64,000 bases of DNA, taken from the NCBI GenBank assembly GCA_965644295.1, contig CBFFRP010000284.1, forward strand, positions 124,001-188,000, read 5' to 3'. Positions 26,788 to 37,686 of the stretch are shown piece after piece. The DNA comes from Paraphysomonas bandaiensis. Lineage: Eukaryota > Protista > Chrysophyceae. Numbering within the stretch: position 1 is the first letter of the stretch; each line of letters opens with the position of its first letter. The translations under genes and the position numbers were made by a program. The notes under the pieces are model-generated. The model saw only the letters and a program-made list of their open reading frames with translations. It searched no databases and was not told the DNA's origin.

Positions 26788-27276
26788 ATATATATTGAAA
26801 GTCTTATTATTAGCAATAGGCGTTAAAAACCTGCACCAACTTAGTAGCTAGATGAATGCTAGACAAACTAGTTAGACCTCTACCTGTAACTAATGAGTAC
26901 ACACTTTTTTTATCCTACTATTTAACGCTACGGAAGCTGCTTGTGCGTCGCCGCAAGCACCAAGGTGCGACCACTTCCGCTCTGAGTTTTTAAGGTGAAC
27001 ATCCCGGATGCTTGACTTCAGCAGGCAGCCCAATACCCCGGTTACCCTTGAGGTGGGCCCATTCCCGGATGCCTATTTATTCGTCGGGGCCCAAAGACGT
27101 CTACACAAGTGACACTTATTGGTGTCCCTTGTGCCACACAAGCATTCGGCTATGAGTGGGCAGAAGAATATCTGCTGACTATATGTTTTCGGCTCACGTT
27201 ACTTTCCCAGAGAAGTCTCTCCGGTACTTATCTCCCAGAACACCACGAAAAGGGACGAGTCCGACTGTGTTGAGGG
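26788..27276 (-). mobile_element. Ingi-like short retroposon, copy 3 (full length, 489 bp)
   Basis: Reverse complement of copy 2. Perfect 13-bp TSD AAAGAAAAGTGAT (26775-26787 / 27277-27289) and an (AT)n tail. Confidence 0.92.
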
Positions 27277-27519
27277 AAAGAAAAGTGATGTCGTTTTATT
27301 ATTGCATAGACAATTGTGTGGTTCTTGTAACGCATATCGTATGTATCAGAATAGCTCATTTAAAGAATTCTACTGCTTATTTTATTAAAACTGAATTACC
27401 TTTTTCTAGTGACAGAAAACACTTATTTACGATTAAAATAACAGAGCAAACGGGCAAACGTGACACTTAACAAAATTCGGTGAACTATGGTCCAGAAAAA
27501 CGGCTTGCACGTAATGAAA

Positions 27520-28372
27520 CTACGGGTCAGGTTTTCTCCACTTCACAGGCCCTGTATGCAGTGTTCCAAATATTTTGTCTAGAAGTTGCATCTCGGCATA
27601 ATTACAGTGTGTCAGCTGCGAGAAAAGCATTAATATAGCGGATATTAATTATTCCATTTACCTGATGATGAGTTAGATGATACTCGGCGTCCAAAAACCA
27701 CGATCCCGGAACTACAGCATTTGAGTGATCACATACACCTAAACAGCATTGCATGCTCCAAATGCCGGCTAGTACTACTGAAGGCACTGGGGTCAGTATC
27801 ACAGGGATAAGGAAAGTCCCAATGACCTCCATTACAAAAAACTCAATAGGGTGATCATTGAAAGTTGCAAAGGGTGTCATTCTTTCTGGAGTTATATGAT
27901 GCATCTTATGTAAAGCTTTATATAAAGGAGGCTGATGCAACAGTCTGTGTGCGCCCATACGCCATATGAGTCCGATGAAAATCCCCAGAGGGATACCGAC
28001 CCATGTGAGTGGAGATGAATAGAATGACGTGATATCAAGAGGGTCCGTTAATACGAGTTTAGATATCTTAAAATATTTGATTATGAGTACAGACGCAGGC
28101 AGTAACACTAACAAATCTCTTGCAGATGATTGGATATGTCCACTGAGATCGCGAAGAGTCCATTTGGAACTTACAAGTAAGTAATGAGGGTTATATCTGA
28201 AATATACAGTCATGACTGCAGCTAAACTAAAGTATGATATCCACACAGCCACCAGCGGCCCTATAAACGCACTGGTTGCTTCTGTATAGAGGATTAATAC
28301 CGCTGTACAAACCTTCCATAGTAATGAAGTCATAAAGAACCCTGTCTGAGAAATATCTTGAAGGGTTACCAT
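27520..28372 (-). CDS. Fatty-acid hydroxylase / sterol desaturase superfamily protein (2 exons)
   Basis: His boxes HRLLH, LHKMHH, DHS, HLTHH. Last exon LTHCNYAEMQLLDKIFGT follows an intron. Confidence 0.85.
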
Positions 28373-28705
28373 TGAAGTGAGTTGTATATTGTATCGTATG
28401 AGAAACTACGTATAATAGCTATAGATAAGAGGATTCACTTGTGCTTATAGGGTTATGGGTTTGATATCTATGAAGATACTTGGATGTGTTGGTAGAGGAG
28501 GGGGAGGAGTGTATGTGTTGCTTATGATATGAACTGTGCTGCCTGTATGTAGAGGGTAGATACCATGCATGCATGTGCATAGATCTTCATACTGTATATG
28601 CGTATATGTATATGCGTACCTTCTAGTTGAAACATATGGTGCTTAAGAAGAAGTGAGGCGAGGCGGGATAGACTACTTGTAACATATGTTGCAATAGTCA
28701 GGCAC

Positions 28706-29250
28706 TTGGATATGGTTCTATTGGGGAAAACAAGATATTATAGATATACGGTATATAATACAGGGATAGAATACGGAGCTGGTGTGGTCTATGAGTGTGT
28801 ATGTCCACAAGCCTTTGTGTCCACTCTGAGCTGTATATCCATAATATGTCCAAACGATATGTGCAATCATATCCATATCCAACCCTCACCAGGTGTGAAT
28901 GTCGTTGAGATAGGAAAGTCCTTCTCATTGACATGGAGACACAACAAAGAGGTGATACAGGAAGCTGAAGTGTCGTCATCACTCACAATACTGCAGTCTG
29001 AATTAAATGTATCTGTATCTGCTGCATTGGACTATATATGTTTGTTATTAGGTGCTATTTCGTTCAATTGAAAGGAGCAGACGTATCGTTAGGAGCAGTA
29101 TATACGTATACACCTAATCAACCGTTAATATACACCATGAAAAAAATGCTAGTCATAAAAATTAGGCAATGCTCTGTAATGTTCATTCAATACCATGTTG
29201 AATGGGACTCAACGCAGAAAGTATTGGTGACCACAGTAGAAATGAAATGA
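28706..29250 (+). CDS. Hypothetical small protein, exon structure uncertain
   Basis: Two overlapping ORFs can be joined by a plausible short intron. It sits head-to-head with the hydroxylase gene like other pairs. No recognised domain. Confidence 0.35.
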
Positions 29251-29701
29251 TTTTGTACTCTATATTAATGTACTAATCATCACAACTAATTTTCAATGAG
29301 ATACGGAAATAAGTGATTGAAGCTGATTTTTTTTACCTGCTGACATTGCCTTACCCTGACTTAAGATCCTAAATACTTTACTAAGTATACAACAATATAA
29401 TCTAGCTTGGTTTCAGATAGAAAGTTTAGCTGAACTTTTCGAAGTAGTGTAAACTTCTGTATTATTGTGTGTACACCGAGTGAGGCACAGTCACAAGCAT
29501 TCAGTCAGTACATTTTATTCTGCTTTTATTCTCTATATCAACATCAAAGCAACACTTCGTACGTATAATCATGCAGCACTGAATACAACTGGAAACCAAT
29601 CATCTACATTATATAATTATTAAGGAAGAAACCCTAGCCTCAATATAAATACTTTCATAATATACATAAAATCACATGGTAGTGCACTTCTTCACTCGCC
29701 G

Positions 29702-30758
29702 CTAACCAGAGTTTTGATGTGCAGGCATTGACGGACCTATACTCGTTGCGCCTGTGCTAGGCTTTTGTTTTCCTTTCATTGCTTCAGATGGTGCAGGATA
29801 AGGCCTCTGCTGCCAAAGAGGACCCGATGCTGTAGAATCTGCCATTTTTCCATCTGCCCCCATTCCTGCTGTCCATTTCCCCTGTACCGCGTCACACGAC
29901 CAATATTGCTCTTATGCACGAAACGCACACTTACCATGCCACCCGTGGGATCCAGAGGGTCTACATGAATACGTCGCCTCTTTTCTTGTTGCTGTGCTGC
30001 CGTTTCTTTCGGTCTTGTCCTGGCCGAGGTCTGTTTTTCTGTCACGTCACTACACTAACGTTAGTAGGCGTAGAATGAGCATCCATTCCAGCGACTCACC
30101 TCTTAGCCCGCTTTCCGGATACAGGAATATCAGAAGTATCATCCGTACTTTCTGGCCTTGTCCACCTTTTCTCTCCCGTGCCCTGATGGGAATAGTATAT
30201 TTGCCCAGTTGCTGAGTGCACGACAGCAACCCAACCGGGAGGAAGACTATCTTCAAAACTATTGCTATCACTACCACGGCTTGCAGCAATCGGGGCTGGA
30301 CGCTCCCATGACGTCACATTCGTCGACTTATTCCAATAATACGTCTTGCCGCTCTCCTTGTCCACAACAGCCTCCCAATTCGGAGGAAGTTCAGATTTCC
30401 CCTCTCGTGACTTCCTCATCTCTTCCTATATATACCAAATCACTACATGTGACAACAAATACACAAAAATCATATAGTATACCTGCTGCAGAAGTATCGC
30501 ACTCTTCGCAGAGAGTTCAGTGGTCCTTCCTGCAGCCTCTCTGGCCCGCTGTTTACGAATTTGCTCGAGTGTATTATCAGTTGTAAATGTTTTAACGGGT
30601 TTTCTATCGCCTAATGCTTTCGTAGCACCTCTTGTATTAATATCTTTCTCGAATGATGTGGGTCCACATCCATTAGTCTGCAAGTATTCAAGAGCCTGTG
30701 CTCTCTTCTTCTGAGCAGCTAATTCTTTTTGATAAGCTGACTCTGAAAGACTTGACAT
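29702..30758 (-). CDS. PQBP1: Polyglutamine-binding protein 1-like WW protein (4 exons)
   Basis: Two WW domains (LPPNWEAVVDKESGKTYYWN, LPPGWVAV...YYSH) and the C-terminal DPLDP...ADSTASGPLWQQRPYPAP motif typical of PQBP1. Confidence 0.8.
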
Positions 30759-31268
30759 GAGTCTTTAAGTCCGGTTGAGACGATCCCTATTAAATTATTA
30801 CTGCAGCTAATAAGCCTAAGCGCTTTCTGCCTCTGTCTAATAGCTACAAGTAATCTCATCGACCCACCTCATATGCATCCACTGTACAATACAGCCGTAT
30901 AATGTATACAGGTAGGTATACAGGAGATATGTACATACTGCTGTATGTATACCTACAACACTGCTGCTATGTATGTATGTGCGCATGTGTGGACAAATAC
31001 ATAGAATACATGTATACCGCCTACAGTATTCTACAAATATAGTCGTTGTTTTTTGATATGTATATGAGAGGCATACACATACGTACACATCCATATCATA
31101 ACGCATATATATGTATATGTATATCATATCTGTGGATTACACTCAACGTGCATCTGACTTACTGTTCCACTCTATCACACTCTATCCTAAGAGAGGAATG
31201 AGCAAGTAATTCCTTCATCATCGTGTCATATCAAAGTATCAGTGTATCATATAGAAACATACGTACAC

Positions 31269-32945
31269 ATGCCACATACAGAGAATCAGAGACATAACAA
31301 CTCAACCCCACAATCTAGACGAAGGACATCAACATCACTGAGTCCACAACGAAAGTTTAATTCATGTGATCCGTTTAAAAGAGTTCCTCATATGAGTGTT
31401 GCGGGTACGTACCATATATATGAACTGTGTATACTTAACATACGTACCATTTGCTTCTCAGATAATGAAAATATATCTGAATTTGCATTGAATTCTCTTC
31501 TTGGAATGCAAGAGGGTACAGTATTGAGGCCAACGGAACCACTGTCAAAGCGCTTGTTAGTGGAAAATAGTATTATCTCTAGGACACCGTTAAGTGTTCT
31601 ACCGCAGGGGTTTGTATCCTCTCCACCCTCATCGACAGTGACACCATCGTGCACTAAATTAAAAGATCGTGGAAGATTGGGTATAGAACAGAAAACTCCA
31701 AGGAGTGATATGACTCCTTCCACCCCGTTACCTACAATGGTACGAGGCGATTCTGGTTGTCCAGGTCCCACATCCCCACTTACTCCTGCGTCAGCTTTCA
31801 CCCCACGTTCATCATCTTCTTTATCATCAGCAGCATCGCTATTATCATCTCTTTCGTCATCATCATCTCGTAGCGGTGTATCACGGGCGCAGGCCAACTT
31901 GTTTGATGATATCGAACCATTTGTCGTTTACGAATCTGATGAGGAACGGAGTGGCTCTAGCTTGGACACGGATGGTAAGAAAGAAAAGAAGGTCACATTT
32001 GAAACCAGAAGTAAAAGCTCATCAAATCATCAGTCACCTTTATCCTGCTCTGTCGAAATTGACAATGCTATTGATGAGGCGTTTGAATCCTTTTGGGCTG
32101 CTCATGACACCAATCCAGCTCAATATGTGGAAGAAAATGAAGACGACAACACTTCACATTTAATAACCTCTCTTCTGGACGACATGAGCGCAGCAGCAGA
32201 GGATACAGACCTTAGCAGCTTAGACCTTAGCGGAGAGGAACTTAAGAGTAACGAGAAAGCAGCTGAAGTAGAGGACGTAGTTTTCTGTCCGCGTGTGTCC
32301 GATACATCAAGACAGGGGTCCGGGCAAGTTGGACCTACTACAAAACACGTACGGCGTTATCTGTTCGCTAGTTTCTGTCTCGTTTGTATGTATGTATTCA
32401 GCGTTTATCTCAAGCAATTTATTGGTAATTCATCTGCGGAAAGTATACGACCGTCGATAGTTGAAGGAAGAGGGGTTGTACCCTCTCCTCTCCCATGGAC
32501 AAAGAAGACCCACGCTATAGATGAGTCAAGTACCTCTGCGAGATTGTGTTCGGCAGATGAGACTTGGGATACTGTATTATCTTCGCATGAAGAGGGTGAT
32601 ACTTTGCCTGAGGCAGAGGTATTACAGAAGCCGGATATTGCCTTCAATGATAGAGCAGTAGCTCACACAGGGATGCGAGTAACGCTTGGAACAACTCGAC
32701 CACCATCACTCTACTCTATACGTCGTTTCTTTGGCCCACCCCGCCTACCTATTCATCCCAACGAGGAAGCCAGTGAGTGGAACTTATCGCTTCAATCTAA
32801 AGCTCAGCTCATACTCAGAGAGCGCATGGCTGTTGTAATGAGCTCTCTGAAACGAATCTCCAAAATACCCATAACAATAGCGCAATTTGTGCTCCATATT
32901 ATTCAAAGTATAGTACAAAGAAAAAATACTGTGTATAGCAAATAA
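31269..32945 (+). CDS. Hypothetical Ser-rich protein with a single transmembrane segment
   Basis: Long ORF with a probable in-frame 57-nt intron at 31405-31461; TM segment YLFASFCLVCMYVFSVYL. Confidence 0.7.
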   Translation: MPHTENQRHNNSTPQSRRRTSTSLSPQRKFNSCDPFKRVPHMSVAGTYHIYELCILNIRTICFSDNENISEFALNSLLGMQEGTVLRPTEPLSKRLLVENSIISRTPLSVLPQGFVSSPPSSTVTPSCTKLKDRGRLGIEQKTPRSDMTPSTPLPTMVRGDSGCPGPTSPLTPASAFTPRSSSSLSSAASLLSSLSSSSSRSGVSRAQANLFDDIEPFVVYESDEERSGSSLDTDGKKEKKVTFETRSKSSSNHQSPLSCSVEIDNAIDEAFESFWAAHDTNPAQYVEENEDDNTSHLITSLLDDMSAAAEDTDLSSLDLSGEELKSNEKAAEVEDVVFCPRVSDTSRQGSGQVGPTTKHVRRYLFASFCLVCMYVFSVYLKQFIGNSSAESIRPSIVEGRGVVPSPLPWTKKTHAIDESSTSARLCSADETWDTVLSSHEEGDTLPEAEVLQKPDIAFNDRAVAHTGMRVTLGTTRPPSLYSIRRFFGPPRLPIHPNEEASEWNLSLQSKAQLILRERMAVVMSSLKRISKIPITIAQFVLHIIQSIVQRKNTVYSK

Positions 32946-34758
32946 TTTACTTTCAGTTATAGTTTATTTAACCGATTGAGTTGCATTACTTGTTTGAAGC
33001 AAGATTATGAACTTAAGAATAATGTAGCAAGATTCAGTGTACAAAAAATTGAAAAGAACTTTTGCTGCTAAACAATTGTTTTGAACCTGTGAACCATTCG
33101 TGCACACAGCGGCATATTTTACTCTAAATTGTAAGTAGTATGGAATCAATCCTGCTTACATTTTTTATTTTCATTGACGCAATTGGTGACATACATCAAC
33201 GTGCGTTGTTGTATTAATAATCTTTGACAAGCATTACCTTAAGGACTCGTAGGCAAAAGTTATTTTGATGTCTAAATTCTAAATATACTTTCAGTTTATA
33301 GATAACTTTAGATATTATGTTGTCTCTACATAACAATGCTTATTTACTACATTTATCTTACGAAAGAGTCTGGAATAACTATCGTGCATGAAACTATTGA
33401 GTTGTACGTACAATCTTCTCTCATATTTTCCCTTATGCTACAGTAGCACGCATTGGGTGTTGAAATATGTGGTATGTGGTGTACTGCATATATTATATCT
33501 ACTAATGGTACGACATATTTTGAGGCAAAATAGCATCATTATTGGAAATAAGAGTAATGGACATATTAGGTCTAAGTTTATTAGAGTTACGATGTAAACT
33601 GGCAAAGTTTTAGTTAGAGTTAGTAACCACGAGTCGACAATCACTCATAGAGTGAGTATGTGATACTCTGTATATAATTTTCTATCTTGTTCAAACGACT
33701 TTGACATAGCTTAATAGCAAGACGATCACACAGCAACATAATAAGAACTCAGGAGTGAAAGGAACACAAAAACCAATTTTGACGTATTGAAATTGTTTTC
33801 ACGTAGAAAATTTCATCGCAACCATGGCTGCGTAACAAGTAATTATTTTTCAATTAATAGAATATATTTACTATTACCAATTTGAATACGTATATAGTAA
33901 CTACACATAATCATAAGCGGTACAATCAACACGTGGCTAGCTAAAAGTTGGTACTTTTTTTGTAAAAATTATTATAGAATAATAAATATGTTGTGTTCAA
34001 ATGTGTTCACTCTGAGTCCGACAGACTGAATAAACAATCAGCCGGCCTGGTAGAAAGAACGCTTCATTGACAAAGTCAGATACATGCACAAGCAGATCTA
34101 GATTATTCGTGATGGCGAATCACCATTTCTCAACAGCAAATCTGATTTAATACAAAAACAAATGATAAGATTGTTATTATTGATTTTCGCAAGCAAATGA
34201 CACCTCTAGATACCTGAAAAATGTTGATGATTCTGCATGCAAATAGGCATCTTTGGGATGCAATTTAGATCATAAAGCCAGCAGTAATGATCTGAGTGCT
34301 GCGACCGCACCTATACCTATGTACAAACTTCTTAGTTCGGCACTTCCCCACCCGGGTTCTCACTGCATATTCAGCGCTAAATTCCATGTGATACGATGTA
34401 GCTAGTTGGGTTCAGTAGGTATAGCTAGCAAATAACGTATGACTTAAATGCATGAATATTATGTTGAGAGAAAGAATGGTCTACCAGCCTACTTCAGCAT
34501 TGGAAACATCGATGGAGTTTTGCCTATCTATGCTGCTATATACCTCTCCTTAGCTTTGTTTTGACCTGATGTATGATGCATTGGTTCTACGGCATCTGCT
34601 ATATGACCTCATGCTTCTGTAATGCGTAGCTATATGCGAGTACAATTCATGACTAGGTTTAATACTATAATTAGCTAGGTTGAGTCATTTATTGCTTTGT
34701 CTAGGTTTTTACACCGAAAATAGAATGACTAGGAAATTCAACCAAATTGACAAGGTTG

Positions 34759-34948
34759 TAGTGAATGTCTGATTATTTAGCAATAGGCGTTGAGACCTTG
34801 CATCAATTAGTGGCTAGAAGAATGCTAGTCATACTAGTTAGACCACTACCCGTAACTAATCAATACAAACTCTTTTATCCTACTATTTAACGCTACGAAA
34901 GCTGCTTGTGCGTCGCCGCAAGCACCAAGGTGCAACCACTTCCGTTAA
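34759..34948 (-). mobile_element. Ingi-like short retroposon, copy 4 (5'-truncated, ~190 bp)
   Basis: Matches only the 3' ~185 nt of the family. Flanked by an 11-bp TSD TGACAAGGTTG (34748-34758 / 34949-34959). Confidence 0.88.
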
Positions 34949-35543
34949 TGACAAGGTTGAATAATATATTAGTTAGATCCCCACCCGGCTCTACCTAAGT
35001 ACGCGCTCAGAATAGTTCATCAGTCACTCCTATATCTTATATAGTCACACATCAGTAACTCAATTTAATTCCATTGTAACTGTAGTCACCCGTTTAGGAG
35101 TTGACTTCACCTATTCACTTCAACTGCACAATATATATCACATCATATTGCAGAACTCAACAAGCAGTAATGATATATCAAAATTGCTGATATGACTGCA
35201 GTCATTGCATGTTGTTGAGAGTTGAAAATAGCCCTTTTCATTTTGTAACAGGAAATAATAATTGCGATTATAATTCACTTCAGCCCTGAATAATTCAACC
35301 TGAAGTACTACTTATAACTATTTATAATGGAAAAGCAGATCATTTCAACATTGAACCTTATATACGTAGCCATTTCTATGTTAACTGTAACAAAGCTGAA
35401 CTGAGTTTTAAGTGAAACATAATAAAATTTCAAAGCCTTTCTAATTATTAATACAGAGTGTGCTTCCACATGAAACACCATATCCTACACATAATATAGT
35501 CATTTTCACAACAAACATATCTAACACTTGAAGAACAAGAATA

Positions 35544-37037
35544 TCACGACGAGAGAAGAGGCGCGCAACTGATTATTGGCTTTGAATCCACCGTTTCTTC
35601 TTCACAACTACAACTGGCTGTGGAGGAAAGTGATGAAATTAAGGCAAGCTCATCCTCCATATTTTCTTTGTCAGTACGCTCATCTCCCTCTTCGTCAACA
35701 GTATCATCGTCGTCGCTATCGAGGGGAATGTTCATCAGCTCTGCACAATCTAGTATACACAAGCCATCCTGTTCTTTTCCTTCAATATCAGTCCCACCAA
35801 AAACATACAACAATCCGGCCTCCCGATCCATCGCGGCACCGTGGAAAGCGCGTGACCCTGGAGGCATACTCTTATCCGCACCTCGCCAACACACGTCCAC
35901 CTTCGACCATGTCATTGGCCGACAGTTGGTATCCAACAAGTAGAGGTGGTTGAATACATCAGAACAGCTTCGCAGACTCCCACTTCCTTCCACGGCAGAA
36001 TCAGGCGCAGATCCGCACACAACAAGTATAACTCCCGTATCGCCGAGTGCATGGGCAGATCCACCTGTGATAGCTTGCGCATTCGGTCCTTCTCCATTTG
36101 TCGAGATTAAAGACCACTCATAAGACTGTATATCCATCACTTCTACACACCCCTCAGGAACTACCTGCTCATCGTCATCTCCAGTGTGTCCGCCTAGAAT
36201 AAACATGCATCCGTTGACTACAATGGCACAATGCGCCTCCCTTGGTCGAGGACCAGTGTAAAATGCAGTCCCGTCTCCTTTTATCGGCACCTCAGTCCAC
36301 GATACGCGGTGACCATTCTCATCGCTCTCAATTCGTAACAACCATGCATCAGCGAACAATGCTCCGTGCATGCCCCGACCACCGTACACTAGCCAGGAAT
36401 CATCATTGAGAGCACATATCGAGCTATTGAACCGAGCAGGTGGGGAAGGGAAACATGAAGTCACATCCGCCAATTCCCAGCACTTTGATTCGAAGTCATA
36501 AGCACGAACAGCAGATGAAATATCATTTCTACGAGAAATTCCACCGAACACAAATACGCATCCGTTACTCACAATAATATTGGCATACAAAAGCCCATCC
36601 CCTTCATCTGGTGAAGATAATTCTATCCACTTGCCCATAAAATAAATATGAAAATCGCGCTTCAATACTCCATCAGACATGCCTCCACAGACAGCAACAA
36701 TACCGGAGTTTATATCAACACCAACAGCGCATCCTATTCGTGACGATGGAGAATTCTGAGTAACACATTCCAGTGGAAGCTTAATAACATTACTGCTCTC
36801 ATTGTTATTCTCTGATTGGTTGCATAGTAGATATGCCTCTTCATCACTCGACAGATCTCTTTTAGTTTTAGTCGTATGAGAGAAACTACTCGATGATATA
36901 AACTTATGTGTATAGTGCGATATCAATACACTGTTAAAGTGAAAGATGATACCCCCACAGCAGAACATCATGCATGCTATGATGATTATTAAACTATCCC
37001 CGTATTGAATTGGGAGTGACATGTTTGTTCCTTCCAT
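35544..37037 (-). CDS. Kelch-repeat beta-propeller protein with an N-terminal TM anchor
   Basis: Repeated VFGG/VYGG/ILGG...W motifs, PRPREAHCA and SRAFHGA; hydrophobic N-terminus. Confidence 0.85.
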   Translation of the reverse strand: MEGTNMSLPIQYGDSLIIIIACMMFCCGGIIFHFNSVLISHYTHKFISSSSFSHTTKTKRDLSSDEEAYLLCNQSENNNESSNVIKLPLECVTQNSPSSRIGCAVGVDINSGIVAVCGGMSDGVLKRDFHIYFMGKWIELSSPDEGDGLLYANIIVSNGCVFVFGGISRRNDISSAVRAYDFESKCWELADVTSCFPSPPARFNSSICALNDDSWLVYGGRGMHGALFADAWLLRIESDENGHRVSWTEVPIKGDGTAFYTGPRPREAHCAIVVNGCMFILGGHTGDDDEQVVPEGCVEVMDIQSYEWSLISTNGEGPNAQAITGGSAHALGDTGVILVVCGSAPDSAVEGSGSLRSCSDVFNHLYLLDTNCRPMTWSKVDVCWRGADKSMPPGSRAFHGAAMDREAGLLYVFGGTDIEGKEQDGLCILDCAELMNIPLDSDDDDTVDEEGDERTDKENMEDELALISSLSSTASCSCEEETVDSKPIISCAPLLSS

Positions 37038-37686
37038 CTATCTCTTGTTTCTATATATATATATAGGGGTAGAGGCTGTTCGATGAGAGGCGGAATGAGG
37101 GTTGAATATGATACAAATGAACTGCAATCTGACTATAGAAATATCCGAATATTATACCTTAAATAATAGCATCATTTGATGCCTTATGAATCCTCGCTTG
37201 TGATATGAATGTGCTGTGCTGCGATGCTCATGTGATGAGGAGGTAGGTATGTATGTATGTATATGTATGTATATGGAGAGAGTGTGTGTGAGGGGGTTTC
37301 GTTATACGCTTCTTGTGTGTTCAGTGTGCTGCTGCTGCTGCTGTATAATATGCATGTATGTACACTGTATTGCTGTATATTGCAGTTGGTTGAAACGAAC
37401 GAAACAGTCCATTTACCCCATTTCACTACCGCATGTATAGACGGTATACAGGTCTGTATAGTTGTGGAGGTGGGAGGCCCGTTTGTTTCATTAACATGTG
37501 TATGGATGCCCACTGCACCATATACACATACACACATACATACACTGCACTGACATATGCATATGTAACAAGCAGTTCGTAGCAGTCACACTTATTTCTA
37601 GTGTCTGAATTAAACCAGCAGTAGAGTAGATTGTTTCGCTCTATTTCTGCAGCAGTGTGCGCTGTATTCTGAACACATCCGATACA

